DNA of 64,000 bases from Candidatus Bathyarchaeia archaeon (GCA_038882955.1 JAVZNC010000006.1:1-64000), one strand, 5' to 3'. Numbered from the stretch's first letter, positions 50,486-61,655 are shown. Made by a program: numbers and translations. Notes: generated by a model from the letters alone, not told the origin.

Positions 50486-51028
50486 ATGGCTGTCCAGCAA
50501 CCCCAACATTTTCAGCTCCGCGAATCCACACCAGCAAAAATTGTTGGGTTAATTTCTGACACGCATATACCAGTTAGAGCCAGAAGCATTCCAAAAAAGG
50601 TTTTTGAGGTTTTTGAAAAAGCAGATTTCATAGTTCATGCTGGAGACTTGGTTGACATGTCCGTCTTGGACGAGTTGGAGCAACTTGCGCCAGTTTTGGC
50701 TGTTTACGGAAACATGGATGGACCAGAAGTTCGAGGAAAACTGCCAAAAATGAACTCCTTCAAAATTTTTGAGTGGAAAATTGGGGTTATGCATGACCCT
50801 GGAGCGCTTTTTGGGATGAGTAAGATGCGTGAGATTGTTAAGCAGAACGGCTTTAACGTTTTGGTTTATGGGCATACGCATAATCCCAGCATAAAGTGGG
50901 AAGCCGAACTCTTATTCATAAATCCTGGAAGTCCAACGAACCCTATTCCGCCATTTATAATAAAGCCTAGTGTGGGTTTGTTGAGGGTGACGAAGGAGAA
51001 GATTATGCCAGAAATAATCCAAATATAA
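50486..51028 (+). CDS. Metallophosphoesterase (YfcE/Vps29 family)
   Basis: SDTH, HAGD, GNMD, GHTH and NPGS. Confidence 0.93.
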   Translation: MAVQQPQHFQLRESTPAKIVGLISDTHIPVRARSIPKKVFEVFEKADFIVHAGDLVDMSVLDELEQLAPVLAVYGNMDGPEVRGKLPKMNSFKIFEWKIGVMHDPGALFGMSKMREIVKQNGFNVLVYGHTHNPSIKWEAELLFINPGSPTNPIPPFIIKPSVGLLRVTKEKIMPEIIQI

Positions 51029-51041
51029 AGGTATATGTGAA

Positions 51042-51485
51042 TCAGGTCTTTGCGAATAAGCGCCTATATTCTTGCATCATGCACTTATCCATGATAACAA
51101 TCAAGCCTGCTTCTTCTGCGGTTTTGGCTGCCTTCTCGTTTATGATTCCAAGCTGCATCCAAATCACGTTCGGCTTCCCAAACTTCTCCTTTAACCGAAC
51201 TGCCTCATGAACTATTGGCAAAACTTCCTCCGCTGGTCGGAAAATGTCAACAATTTCAATTGTTTTTTGAACTTCCTCTGGCATTTCTAATAGGCTCTTA
51301 TAGCATTTCTCGCCCAAAATCTCTTCAGCAAACGGATTTACTGGTATAATCTTAAAGCCTTCCCTTTTCAAGCGTTCAGCCACCAAATAACTGTCCTTCG
51401 ATGGATCACGGGACAACCCCACAACAGCAACAGTTCTATAAAGTGAAAGAATTTTTTGCATTTCAGCGTCTTGAGGCATTTTCAC
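51042..51485 (-). CDS. CoA-binding protein (YccU-like)
   Basis: VAVVGLS, IPVNP, VDIFRP, WMQLG and MDKC. Confidence 0.92.
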   Translation of the reverse strand: MKMPQDAEMQKILSLYRTVAVVGLSRDPSKDSYLVAERLKREGFKIIPVNPFAEEILGEKCYKSLLEMPEEVQKTIEIVDIFRPAEEVLPIVHEAVRLKEKFGKPNVIWMQLGIINEKAAKTAEEAGLIVIMDKCMMQEYRRLFAKT

Positions 51486-51591
51486 TTTAACTCAACTCTC
51501 TCCACTGCCAATGAATGTCGTATCACGAACAGCCTTAAAAGCAAACTATGCGCAAACCACAAATTAAGGCTTGTTAGAGGAGGTTCGCTTA

Positions 51592-51729
51592 ATGGAACGT
51601 TGCAGAAACCCTTGGAATAGGGAATGCAAGAGCGACGACATAGAAGTTTACATAATGTTTAGAGGCGAAAAACTTCCCATATGTCGGCGCTGTTGGAGTA
51701 AAATTGCAGTTAAAGACTTGGAGTGGTAG
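51592..51729 (+). CDS. 45-aa four-Cys microprotein (missing from ORF track)
   Basis: GGAGG upstream of ATG; MERCRNPWNRECKSDDIEVYIMFRGEKLPICRRCWSKIAVKDLEW*. Confidence 0.75.
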   Translation: MERCRNPWNRECKSDDIEVYIMFRGEKLPICRRCWSKIAVKDLEW

Positions 51730-51732
51730 TGG

Positions 51733-51978
51733 ATGGAACGATTCAACCTTAACATAGCGAAAACGTTCTTAGGCAAAAACGTTAACCTTCACCTGAAAGA
51801 CGGTTCGGTCATAGTTAACGTACAATTTTTAGAGTTTATGAAGGACAAGTTTGGGAAAGAAACTTTTGTTAGGTGTGTTCCTTATGGGAAGAGGAACGAG
51901 CTTAAAGTGCCGCTTAGGAGTATAGCGTGGGCTGAGCAGTTAAACCTAAACTTGATACTGCCAAAAAGCGAGGATTAA
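51733..51978 (+). CDS. Small hypothetical protein, possibly Sm/LSm-like fold
   Basis: FLGKNVNLHLKDGSVI resembles the Sm1 motif; begins 3 nt after the previous stop. Confidence 0.6.
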   Translation: MERFNLNIAKTFLGKNVNLHLKDGSVIVNVQFLEFMKDKFGKETFVRCVPYGKRNELKVPLRSIAWAEQLNLNLILPKSED

Positions 51979-52056
51979 AACGACTTTTGTTCAAGAAGCC
52001 TTTTTACACGAACGTGGCAAACAACCTTAAATAAATCTGCAATAATTTTCACAACG

Positions 52057-53064
52057 GTGATATGCGTGCCGTGCATGGTTATTGCTGGAGCTTTCTGGGG
52101 AGACGAGGGTAAGGGCAAAATAATCTCCTATTTGGCTTTGAAGGATAAACTGGATGTTTGTGTTAGAACTGGTTCTGTCAATGCTGCGCACACGGTTTGG
52201 TTTGAGGGGAAACGTTACGCCTTGCACATGGTTCCAGCAGCGTTTGTATATGAGAAATGCCGCCTACTGATAGGTGCAGGCTCAAATGTTCACGTTGCAC
52301 AATTTCTCAAGGAAGTTGAGGAGACAAACGTCAAAAACAGGATAGGCGTGGATGCGCAAGCCTCCATAATTGAGGAGAAACATTCGACGCAGGACAAGAC
52401 AAGCGCGCACCTAAAGGGAATCGGGACAACTGGTTGGGGTGTAGGTCCAGCAATAGAAGAACGTGTACGCAGAACAGCAAAGCTCGCAAAGGACATACCC
52501 GAACTAAAGCCATACATAACAGACGCCGCAGAAGAAGCAAACAACGCAATAGACGCAAACAAAAAGGTTTTGCTTGAAGGGACACAGGGCTTGATGCTTT
52601 CACTTTTCCATGGAACATACCCCTACGTTACTGGAAGAGACACAAGCGCTGCAGCAATATGCTCCGAAGCGGGCGTCGGACCAACAAGAGTCAACGAAGT
52701 CCTAATAGTTTTCAAGTCTTTCATGACCCGTGTTGGAGCTGGTCCGCTTCCAGGAGAACTTACGAAAGAGGAAGCCATAAAACGGGGATGGTTTGAAACT
52801 GCCGCTGGAACTGGACGCGACAGGCGTTCAGCCCCCTTTAATTTTGAGATTGCCAAGAAAGCCGTAAAAATTAACGGCGCAACGCAAGCAGCACTGACAA
52901 AGCTTGACAGTGTATACCCGCAATGTAAGGGCGCAAGAAGCTTTGATGAACTTCCAAGCAATGCGAAGGAGTTTTTGAGGGAAATCGAGCGTCAAGTTGG
53001 CATTCCAGTTGTGCTTATCGGCACTGGACCAGAAGCCCTAGACATAATTGACCGAAGAAAATGA
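52057..53064 (+). CDS. purA: Adenylosuccinate synthetase (short archaeal type)
   Basis: WGDEGKGK, EGTQG, GTYPYVT, TRVGAGP and TKLD. Confidence 0.96.
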   Translation: MICVPCMVIAGAFWGDEGKGKIISYLALKDKLDVCVRTGSVNAAHTVWFEGKRYALHMVPAAFVYEKCRLLIGAGSNVHVAQFLKEVEETNVKNRIGVDAQASIIEEKHSTQDKTSAHLKGIGTTGWGVGPAIEERVRRTAKLAKDIPELKPYITDAAEEANNAIDANKKVLLEGTQGLMLSLFHGTYPYVTGRDTSAAAICSEAGVGPTRVNEVLIVFKSFMTRVGAGPLPGELTKEEAIKRGWFETAAGTGRDRRSAPFNFEIAKKAVKINGATQAALTKLDSVYPQCKGARSFDELPSNAKEFLREIERQVGIPVVLIGTGPEALDIIDRRK

Positions 53065-53138
53065 TGGTGAAACTCTAACTTAAAGGTTAAAAGTATTTAA
53101 CGGCATCTTCTGGAAATTGTGAGAGAGGAGTTTTTACC

Positions 53139-55064
53139 TTGGCATCCAACATTTGGGCAAAGCCGCAAACACATAGAATAGAGTATTCGCCGAAGCTGAA
53201 GTCTATGCTTAAGAGGGCTTTAGAGAACACTGAAGATTTTTGGGGAGAAATCGCCGCGGAACTGCACTGGTTTAGGCGTTGGGACAAGGTTTTCGAGTGG
53301 AACTATCCAAACTTCTCATGGTTTAAGGGCGGAATAACAAACATAGCCTACAACTGCCTAGAAAACAACATCGCAAAAGGCAGAGGCAATAACGCAGCAA
53401 TAATATACGAGAATGGCGAAGGCTTACCAACACGCGTCATAACATACAGCCAACTTTTACACGAGGCTAAACGTTTCGCCTCAGCCCTCAAGGCTTTAGA
53501 GGTTAACAAGGGCGACAGAATAACAATTTACATGCCAATGGTTCCAGAAGCCGCCATTGCAATGCTCGCATCAGCCCGTATCGGCGCTATTCACTCTGTT
53601 GTCTTTGGAGGATTTGGTTATGGCGCCCTGGCAGATAGGATTGAAGATGCTGCGCCAAAAGTTGTTGTAACTGCAGATGTTGGTTATAGACGTGGCGGAA
53701 CAGTCAACCTCAAAGAAGTTGTTGACGAAGCCTTAAAGGCGGCGGGAAAAAGCGTGGAAAAAGTTGTCGTTTTAAAGCGAAGCCAAAAAGACTTGCCTCT
53801 AATTTCTGGTAGAGATTTACTTTGGGAAGACGCGGTCGAAAAGGGCAGCAACGTTAGCGCTGAAGTTGAAAAAATGGGTGCTGATGAACCGCTTTTCATT
53901 CTGTACACTTCTGGCACCATGGCTAAACCAAAAGGAACGGTTCAAACGCACGGAGGCTATCAAGTTTACATTTACGCCATGGGCAAGTGGGTTTACGACA
54001 TGCGCGAAAACGACGTTTGGTGGTCAACATCAGACATAGGATGGATAGTTGGACACAGCTATGTTGTTTATGCGCCATTACTTTTCGGCTGCACAACAAT
54101 AATGTATGAAGGTACGCCAGACCACCCAGCGCCAGACGTTTGGTGGCAAATAGTCGAGAGAAACCGCGTTACAAAACTTTGGCTTTCACCGACAAGCGCG
54201 AGAGCCCTAATGAAATACGGCGAAGAATGGCCCAAAAAACACGATTTAAGCTCAGTTAAAGCTGTATTCTGCGCTGGAGAAGTTTTAAATCCGCCAGCTT
54301 GGGAGTGGCTCCAAAAGAAAGTCTTCGGGGATAAGGTTCCAGTAATAGACCATATGTGGCAAACAGAAAGCAGCGGACCCATGGTGGGCAACCCCTACGG
54401 CATAGAGCTACTGCCAATAAAACCAAGCTCAGCTGGGATTTCGCTTCCTGGTATAGACGCGGAGATAGTTGATGATGACGGTAAACCCGTTTCGGTTGGT
54501 GTTGAAGGAGCATTTGTGTGTAAAAGGCCGTTTCCGGGCTTGGCGCCTACGCTTTGGAGGGACCATGAACGTTACGTGCAGGATTATTGGAATAGGATTC
54601 CGGGTTTTTATTATACTGGTGATGCAGCCTTCAGGGATGAGGATGGCTACATCTGGTTTTTGGGGAGAAGAGACGAGGTTATCAAGATTTCAGCCCACAG
54701 AATCGGCACTATAGAAATTGAAAGTGCGTTGCTTCAGCATTCTGCTGTTGCAGAGGCGGCTGTTGTTGGGCGTCCAGACCAAGTAAAGGGCGAAACGGCA
54801 TGTGCCCTAATTGTTTTGAAGGGCGGGTATAAGCCAACTGACGCGCTTAAGCGTGAATTGGCAGATTCGGTTAAGAAAACCCTTGGTCCAATAGTTGTTA
54901 TAAGCGAAATATTCTTTGTGGATAAGCTTCCAAAAACCAGAAGCGGCAAGATAATGCGCAGACTGATAAAGGCGCTGATAACTGGCTCGCCCCTTGGCGA
55001 TTATTCGACAATAGATGATGAAACGGCGATTGAAGAAGTGAAGAAAGCCTTAAAAAAAGCATAA
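53139..55064 (+). CDS. acs: Second AMP-forming acetyl/acyl-CoA synthetase
   Basis: YTSGTMAKPKG, SDIGW, WQTE and PKTRSGKIMRR. Confidence 0.9.
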   Translation: MASNIWAKPQTHRIEYSPKLKSMLKRALENTEDFWGEIAAELHWFRRWDKVFEWNYPNFSWFKGGITNIAYNCLENNIAKGRGNNAAIIYENGEGLPTRVITYSQLLHEAKRFASALKALEVNKGDRITIYMPMVPEAAIAMLASARIGAIHSVVFGGFGYGALADRIEDAAPKVVVTADVGYRRGGTVNLKEVVDEALKAAGKSVEKVVVLKRSQKDLPLISGRDLLWEDAVEKGSNVSAEVEKMGADEPLFILYTSGTMAKPKGTVQTHGGYQVYIYAMGKWVYDMRENDVWWSTSDIGWIVGHSYVVYAPLLFGCTTIMYEGTPDHPAPDVWWQIVERNRVTKLWLSPTSARALMKYGEEWPKKHDLSSVKAVFCAGEVLNPPAWEWLQKKVFGDKVPVIDHMWQTESSGPMVGNPYGIELLPIKPSSAGISLPGIDAEIVDDDGKPVSVGVEGAFVCKRPFPGLAPTLWRDHERYVQDYWNRIPGFYYTGDAAFRDEDGYIWFLGRRDEVIKISAHRIGTIEIESALLQHSAVAEAAVVGRPDQVKGETACALIVLKGGYKPTDALKRELADSVKKTLGPIVVISEIFFVDKLPKTRSGKIMRRLIKALITGSPLGDYSTIDDETAIEEVKKALKKA

Positions 55065-55123
55065 GCGCCAAAAGCCATAATAATTTTATCTTAACTGTTT
55101 ATCGGAGCCTCGAGGCTTCAAGC

Positions 55124-56317
55124 TTGACCAAAAACAGCAGCACAAAGATCTCTGGAATATTCGCCCCATTTAAATTCTTAAACAGGGATTTAAGGCTAAT
55201 TTTCGCATGCAACCTGGTTGGCTCTTTTGGAGATGGCCTTTACGCGTACACATTGCCAAAGTATTTAACGGGGAGGCTTGGTGCAAATTCCGTTGAGCTT
55301 GGGATACTTTACGCCATAATGAGCCTTGTCGCAGCGATAACACTTTTCGCGGCTGGAATGCTGGCTGACAGATATGACCGAAAAAAGATTATGGTTGCAG
55401 GTTGGATTGCGTGGATTCCAGCGCCAATAATTTTTTCCATAGCCACAAACTGGGTTCACGCTTTGCCAGGGATGCTTCTGTGGGGCTTCTGGCTTGGAGG
55501 TCCAACAACCACAGCTTATGTTGTAACATCCGCAGACAAGAGTAGGCTATCTTCAAGTTTTATGGTGCTTTCAGCAGCATGGTCCATTGGATACATTTTT
55601 TCTCCAGGTATTGGCGGGTATCTATCCGAAGTTGTCAGTTATGAAATTGTCTTCTATTCAGCTGCAATTCTCTACGCTTTGGCAGCTTTAATTCTAGCCT
55701 TCACAAGCAGCCAGAAGGCACAACGGTACAAGGTGGAAAATTCTCGTGAAGATGTCCTACCCCTACGCAGGCTCATTCGATTTAGAAGGCTCCTTGTTTT
55801 TTCAGCTTTTTTCGCTTCAGTAATGTTCACCTTAATGCTCTTTAGACCCTTCGTCCCAAGCTTCCTTTCAGACATCTACAACTATCAAGAGTTTGAAATA
55901 GGCGTTTTTGGTTCAATTTCCTTTTTCGGCTCAGCCGTTCTGGGCATACTTTTGGGCAAGGTTGGCGATAGATGGAAGAAAGCCTACGCGCTTGCCATTT
56001 CACTGGTTCTTTGCAGCGTTTCGCTTGTTCTGCTTTTGCTGTTTGGCAACTTCCACATATTAACACTTGTTTTCTTCTTAACCGGCGGCTCCTACATGAC
56101 ATGGTCATTGATGAGCGCAATCATTGGACCATCAGCTCCTGAATCAAGCAGAGCCAGATGGGTGGCAATCCCGCAAACAGTAAGCATGTTTGTCTCTGTT
56201 TTGGCGCCGTACATTGGCGGTTTTCTGTACTCAATTTCGCCATATCATCCATTCATCATAGCCATAACAGCCTCGCTTTTACTAGCCGCATTAGCATTAT
56301 GGCTGTTGAAAGAATAG
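55124..56317 (+). CDS. MFS transporter
   Basis: About 12 TM; motif A GMLADRYDRK and GKVGDRWKK. Confidence 0.9.
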   Translation: MTKNSSTKISGIFAPFKFLNRDLRLIFACNLVGSFGDGLYAYTLPKYLTGRLGANSVELGILYAIMSLVAAITLFAAGMLADRYDRKKIMVAGWIAWIPAPIIFSIATNWVHALPGMLLWGFWLGGPTTTAYVVTSADKSRLSSSFMVLSAAWSIGYIFSPGIGGYLSEVVSYEIVFYSAAILYALAALILAFTSSQKAQRYKVENSREDVLPLRRLIRFRRLLVFSAFFASVMFTLMLFRPFVPSFLSDIYNYQEFEIGVFGSISFFGSAVLGILLGKVGDRWKKAYALAISLVLCSVSLVLLLLFGNFHILTLVFFLTGGSYMTWSLMSAIIGPSAPESSRARWVAIPQTVSMFVSVLAPYIGGFLYSISPYHPFIIAITASLLLAALALWLLKE

Positions 56318-56399
56318 CAGTTTTGGGTGCTTACTGTCTTTCTGCAGAACTTTTATTTTTGGGATTATCTTCTCTCTTCACGAATGTGAGGTGAATTAG

Positions 56400-57551
56400 T
56401 TGGGCGATGAATTTGCAAGGCATTATGTTCGGTCTTCCACATCTTTTATCATGGCGGTTTTTCTGCTTGGGCTTATCGTTGGAAGCGTGGCAACCTATTA
56501 CCTCGTTTCCACGCAGATTAACAGTTTGAAAAACGATGTTGCAAATCTTCGAAGCCAAATTTCAGCGATACTTGGAAACCAGACAGTCATTTACGAGTAC
56601 ATTAATATAACGCAGGATGGCGTAGACCTTTCAGAACTATACGCGAGAGTGAAAGATTCCGTCGTTATGATTCGCGGAACATTCGCAAACGGCACAACCG
56701 TCCAAGGTTCAGGTTTTGTTTATAACTTCTCTGGTTTAATGGTTGTCATAACGAATTACCATGTTGTGCATGACACAGTGAGTAGAAGCGTAACCTTTTC
56801 TAGTGGAAATGGATACGCCGCAATAATAAATGGAACAGACCCCTACGCGGATTTAGCAGTGCTAATATTGCCCGATGCTCCAGAAAGCGAATTCAAACCG
56901 CTGGAAATCGTAAGTTCATCAACATTAAAGGTTGGCGAATCAGTCATAGCAATAGGCAACCCATACGGCCTCGTAGGTTCGATGACGACTGGCGTTGTAA
57001 GCGCCCTAAACAGGACAATACAGGAAACTTACACTGGAGGGTTCAGCATAGCGGGCATAATACAGACAAGCGCACCCATAAACCCTGGAAACTCTGGTGG
57101 TCCGCTTCTGAACTTTAACGGCAAGGTCGTTGGAATAACAACAGCCATAATTCAGGACTCGCAGGGTCTAGGCTTCGCCATACCCTCCAACACCATACTT
57201 AGGGAAATAGCCTCCCTGGTATGGAACGGCTCATATGAGGGGCACTCCTACTTGGGCTTGCAGTTGAGGGATATGAGTTATGAACTGGCACAGCAAATAG
57301 GCGCAAGCGTCACATACGGTGTCCGAGTAGAAGGTTTCTTGGACCCAAGTCCAGCGAGGGATGCTGACATCCAGATGGGCGATATAATAATCGCCCTAAA
57401 CGGCACGCGAATTATAAGCGTGGACGATTTGGCATCCTACCTTGAGGAAAACACCTTGCCTGGAGAAACACTGTCGGTAACAGTTGTCAGGGGAAGCGAA
57501 CAGAAGAATTTGCCGGTGGTTTTGGGAAGAAGAGCGCCACCACAGCCATAA
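56400..57551 (+). CDS. Membrane-anchored HtrA/DegP-like serine protease with PDZ domain
   Basis: N-terminal TM, TNYHVV, DLAVL, GNSGGPL and C-terminal PDZ. Confidence 0.93.
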   Translation: MGDEFARHYVRSSTSFIMAVFLLGLIVGSVATYYLVSTQINSLKNDVANLRSQISAILGNQTVIYEYINITQDGVDLSELYARVKDSVVMIRGTFANGTTVQGSGFVYNFSGLMVVITNYHVVHDTVSRSVTFSSGNGYAAIINGTDPYADLAVLILPDAPESEFKPLEIVSSSTLKVGESVIAIGNPYGLVGSMTTGVVSALNRTIQETYTGGFSIAGIIQTSAPINPGNSGGPLLNFNGKVVGITTAIIQDSQGLGFAIPSNTILREIASLVWNGSYEGHSYLGLQLRDMSYELAQQIGASVTYGVRVEGFLDPSPARDADIQMGDIIIALNGTRIISVDDLASYLEENTLPGETLSVTVVRGSEQKNLPVVLGRRAPPQP

Positions 57552-57639
57552 TAGTGTTGTATGTTGCTAATGAGCAGCTACAATTCAAGTAACTGCAAAT
57601 ATTAGCATACCATCCATTGTCAATTTTCTAACATTGTGA

Positions 57640-57714
57640 TGGGGCTGCCCGGATTTGAACCGGGGTCTAGAGCGCCCGAGGCTCCAAGCCTAGACCAAGC
57701 TAGCCGACAGCCCC
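57640..57714 (-). tRNA. tRNA-Pro(CGG)
   Basis: GGGGCTG...CAGCCCC-A; anticodon arm GGAGC-CTCGGGC-GCTCT. Confidence 0.95.
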
Positions 57715-57789
57715 TCTTTTTGGAAAGCATTTTAAATAGAGGGAGTCTTAACCTTTAAACCCTTACTCTGCAACTTTGCGTTTGAGGGG

Positions 57790-60003
57790 TTGATTGGAGT
57801 GTCTGTTGGTCAGCGTGTGCGTGGAGTTAAGGTGCTCAAGGCTGTTTCTTCGCCTGTCCGACTGCAGATTTTAAACTTACTTTTTGATAAGGGTTCGCTT
57901 TCTTATACTGAGCTTATGAGCGCGCTTAAGATGAGCCCAAGCAGAGACGCGGGCAGATTTGCTTATCACTTGAAGTTTTTGCTTAAGGCGGATTTGGTTG
58001 AGGCTGATGTTGAATCAAAGAAATATTGCCTAACAGATTTGGGGAAAATGGTTCTTGACGTCGCGGAAAGAATTGAGAAGAGGGCAATAAAACCAAGAGG
58101 ATTAGTTGTCCGCACTTCACGTTTAGCCCTAGAAGAGTTTGACGCAAACAAAATTGCAAACTCGCTTGTGAAGGAGGCGAAGATGCCAGACGACTTAGCT
58201 CAAAAGATTGCAAAAGAAGCTGAAAAACGTTTGCTAAAGTCAAAAACGAAGTATCTAACGGCGCCGTTGGTTAGGGAATTTGTCAACGCAATCCTAATAG
58301 AAAAGGGTCTAGAAGAGTATCGCCATAGGCTTACACGGTTGGGATTGCCAGTCTACGACGTAACAAACCTAATAGAGTCAAAAAGCAAGGGTTCACAGAA
58401 AACGGCTTCAATACATGAAAGTGCAGGCGCGGTGGTTTTTGAGGAGTATATGCTTTTACATGTTTTTCCAAGGGACATTGCAGATGCGCACTTGTCTGGG
58501 GCGCTGCACATTAAAAGTTTAAGCTCATGGACTTTAAAGCCAAGCGAAGTCATGCATGATTTAAGATTCTTCTTTCAAAACGGCGTAAACCTTGAAAAAA
58601 TAGACGCGCATAGATTTTCTTATTCACCACCAAAAAATCTGAATGAAGCCTTATCCCTAACGCTTAACGTAATTCAAAATTCAGCCAAGGAAACAGCCGA
58701 AAGCCAAACAATCGATTACTTCAACGTTTTCCTAGCACCATTTGCGACGGGCATGAACCCGCAAGATGTTAAGGAAGCGCTTAGACTTTTCGTTTTAAAT
58801 GCAAGTCAGGTGGAAAATTTTTCTTTAGGCTTGGAACTTACGATTCCAGAATTTGTGAAGGAGAAGCCAGCGGTTAGCCCAAATGGAAAACAAGCGGGTA
58901 AGTATGGCGACTTTGCAGTAGAAAGTCAACTTTTGGCTTCGCTTTTAATGGAAGTATTCGCCGAAGAGAGCGCCCAAAAACCACTGCTTAACCCAAAATT
59001 GATAGTGAAGCTGCGTTCAGAAACATTTGCAAACGAGAAAGCACGCGAATTGCTATTTAAGGCTCACAAGCTCGCATTGGAGCGCAGCCTACCCTACTTC
59101 GCAAACAACTTCGCAAAAAACCTAGAAGCCTCCGTGTTCTCGCATTCTGGTTTTAGATTGAACGTGGACATGAAGGGCGACTGGGAAATTGACACGTTGC
59201 GCACTGGATGCCTAGGATATGTCAACGTGAACATGCCGCGCATAGTAAACGAGTCTGAAGGAGACAAGCGAAAATTCTTGGAAATTCTTAAAGAAAGGCT
59301 TGAGATGGCAGCAAGAGCTCTTGAAATTAAGGATAAGGCTTTAAGACAGAGGTGCAGCGGCTTGCTGCCTTTCCTAATGCAGAACATTGATGGAGACCAT
59401 TATTTTAGGCTGGAAGGATGCTCGCGCATAATAAACATGGTTGGACTGAAAGAGGCAGCGGAAGCATTCTGTAAAAGCCCGTTCACAGACGAAAAGACTT
59501 TAGGATTCGCCGCAGAAGTTTTACAAGCTGCAGCAGATTACATGGCTAAAATTGGAAGACGCAAAAGACGCCTTTTTACTGCGCTGCTTCCAGATTTTGA
59601 GGCTTCAGAGCGCCTCGTGCAGTTGGACATTGAAAGATATGGCATCGCGAGGGTGCGATTTTCTGGAGCTAGGGAAAATCCATTCTATTCCACAGTAAGT
59701 CGAATGAGCCTTGATGGCGAAAAGTTCGTTGAAGCGTCTATGAGGTTCAAAAGTGTTTCTGGCAAACTTAATGGTGGAAACATAATCGTAATAGAAATTG
59801 AAGATTTCAAGGGAGGCGCCGAAGAGTTAATGGCATTAACCAGAGATATAGTAGAAAAGAAAATCCATGAATTCTTTACGTACAACCGCAAACTAACCTA
59901 TTGTGCGCGCTGTAAGAAAAGCTGGTATGGAATTAGGCACAAATGCCCATCATGTGAAACCACAGGCACATTAACGGTCTTTGACAGATTCGTACAAGTC
60001 TAG
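57790..60003 (+). CDS. ArsR-type wHTH + ATP-cone + class III RNR (NrdD)-like protein, apparently catalytically dead
   Basis: N-terminal LKAVSSPVRLQIL...FAYHLKFL...YCLTDLG; ATP cone VRTS...EEFDANKI; NrdD body (ADAHLSG, DTLRTG, NMPRI, CARC/CPSC); no MGCR and no RxxGY. Confidence 0.85.
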   Translation: MIGVSVGQRVRGVKVLKAVSSPVRLQILNLLFDKGSLSYTELMSALKMSPSRDAGRFAYHLKFLLKADLVEADVESKKYCLTDLGKMVLDVAERIEKRAIKPRGLVVRTSRLALEEFDANKIANSLVKEAKMPDDLAQKIAKEAEKRLLKSKTKYLTAPLVREFVNAILIEKGLEEYRHRLTRLGLPVYDVTNLIESKSKGSQKTASIHESAGAVVFEEYMLLHVFPRDIADAHLSGALHIKSLSSWTLKPSEVMHDLRFFFQNGVNLEKIDAHRFSYSPPKNLNEALSLTLNVIQNSAKETAESQTIDYFNVFLAPFATGMNPQDVKEALRLFVLNASQVENFSLGLELTIPEFVKEKPAVSPNGKQAGKYGDFAVESQLLASLLMEVFAEESAQKPLLNPKLIVKLRSETFANEKARELLFKAHKLALERSLPYFANNFAKNLEASVFSHSGFRLNVDMKGDWEIDTLRTGCLGYVNVNMPRIVNESEGDKRKFLEILKERLEMAARALEIKDKALRQRCSGLLPFLMQNIDGDHYFRLEGCSRIINMVGLKEAAEAFCKSPFTDEKTLGFAAEVLQAAADYMAKIGRRKRRLFTALLPDFEASERLVQLDIERYGIARVRFSGARENPFYSTVSRMSLDGEKFVEASMRFKSVSGKLNGGNIIVIEIEDFKGGAEELMALTRDIVEKKIHEFFTYNRKLTYCARCKKSWYGIRHKCPSCETTGTLTVFDRFVQV

Positions 60004-60006
60004 AGA

Positions 60007-60957
<951 letters not shown>

Positions 60958-61056
60958 CTAAATAACCTTTTTATTTTGATGCAAAATGGCGTTTACATTA
61001 AATTAAAATCTTTTATCCTTGTTCTGATATAGCGTTTCCCGAGAAGAGGAATCTGC

Positions 61057-61521
61057 ATGAGTGAAACTGTGTTGCATGTTTCAAAAATTAAGGATGGAAC
61101 AGTCATAGACCATATTACTGGCGGACATGCGTTGGATGTTGTCAAGATTTTGGGTATAACTGGGCGTGAAAAGCGTGTAATAACCATAGCGATTAATGTT
61201 CCTAGTAAGCGTTTCAAGGTTAAGGACATTGTGAAGGTTGAGGGCAGAGCGTTAAATCCGCAGGAAGTGCATAAGATTGCTTTGGTTGCTCCGCACGCGA
61301 CGATAAACATAATACGTGATTATAATGTTGTTGAGAAGCAGCGTGTTCAGCTTCCAAAAGTAATCGAAAACATTATTAAATGTGCGAACCCCGCGTGTAT
61401 AAGCAACAGCAACGAGCCTGTTCAAGCGAAGTTTTATGTTGAGAGTGAGGAGCCTTTGCTTTTGAAGTGTCATTATTGTGGTTATATTATGGAGAAGAAG
61501 GATGTTTTGGCGCAGTTTTAG
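61057..61521 (+). CDS. pyrI: Aspartate carbamoyltransferase regulatory subunit
   Basis: GTVIDHI, KDIVKVE and CANPAC...CHYC. Confidence 0.97.
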   Translation: MSETVLHVSKIKDGTVIDHITGGHALDVVKILGITGREKRVITIAINVPSKRFKVKDIVKVEGRALNPQEVHKIALVAPHATINIIRDYNVVEKQRVQLPKVIENIIKCANPACISNSNEPVQAKFYVESEEPLLLKCHYCGYIMEKKDVLAQF

Positions 61522-61655
61522 GCTTTTAGGCGTTGTTGACTATTCGGTTTTTTAGATAATGCTTATATCGTAAGAAAGAATATTCCAAGAATAGATATGT
61601 CCCACCGTGGACATAATGTACACGTGTAGAACACAAATACGCAAGGCGAAAACAC

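Noticed and set aside
57790-60003. Annotation as a functional anaerobic ribonucleotide reductase
   Set aside because: No RxxGY or finger-loop Cys is visible and no activase is nearby.
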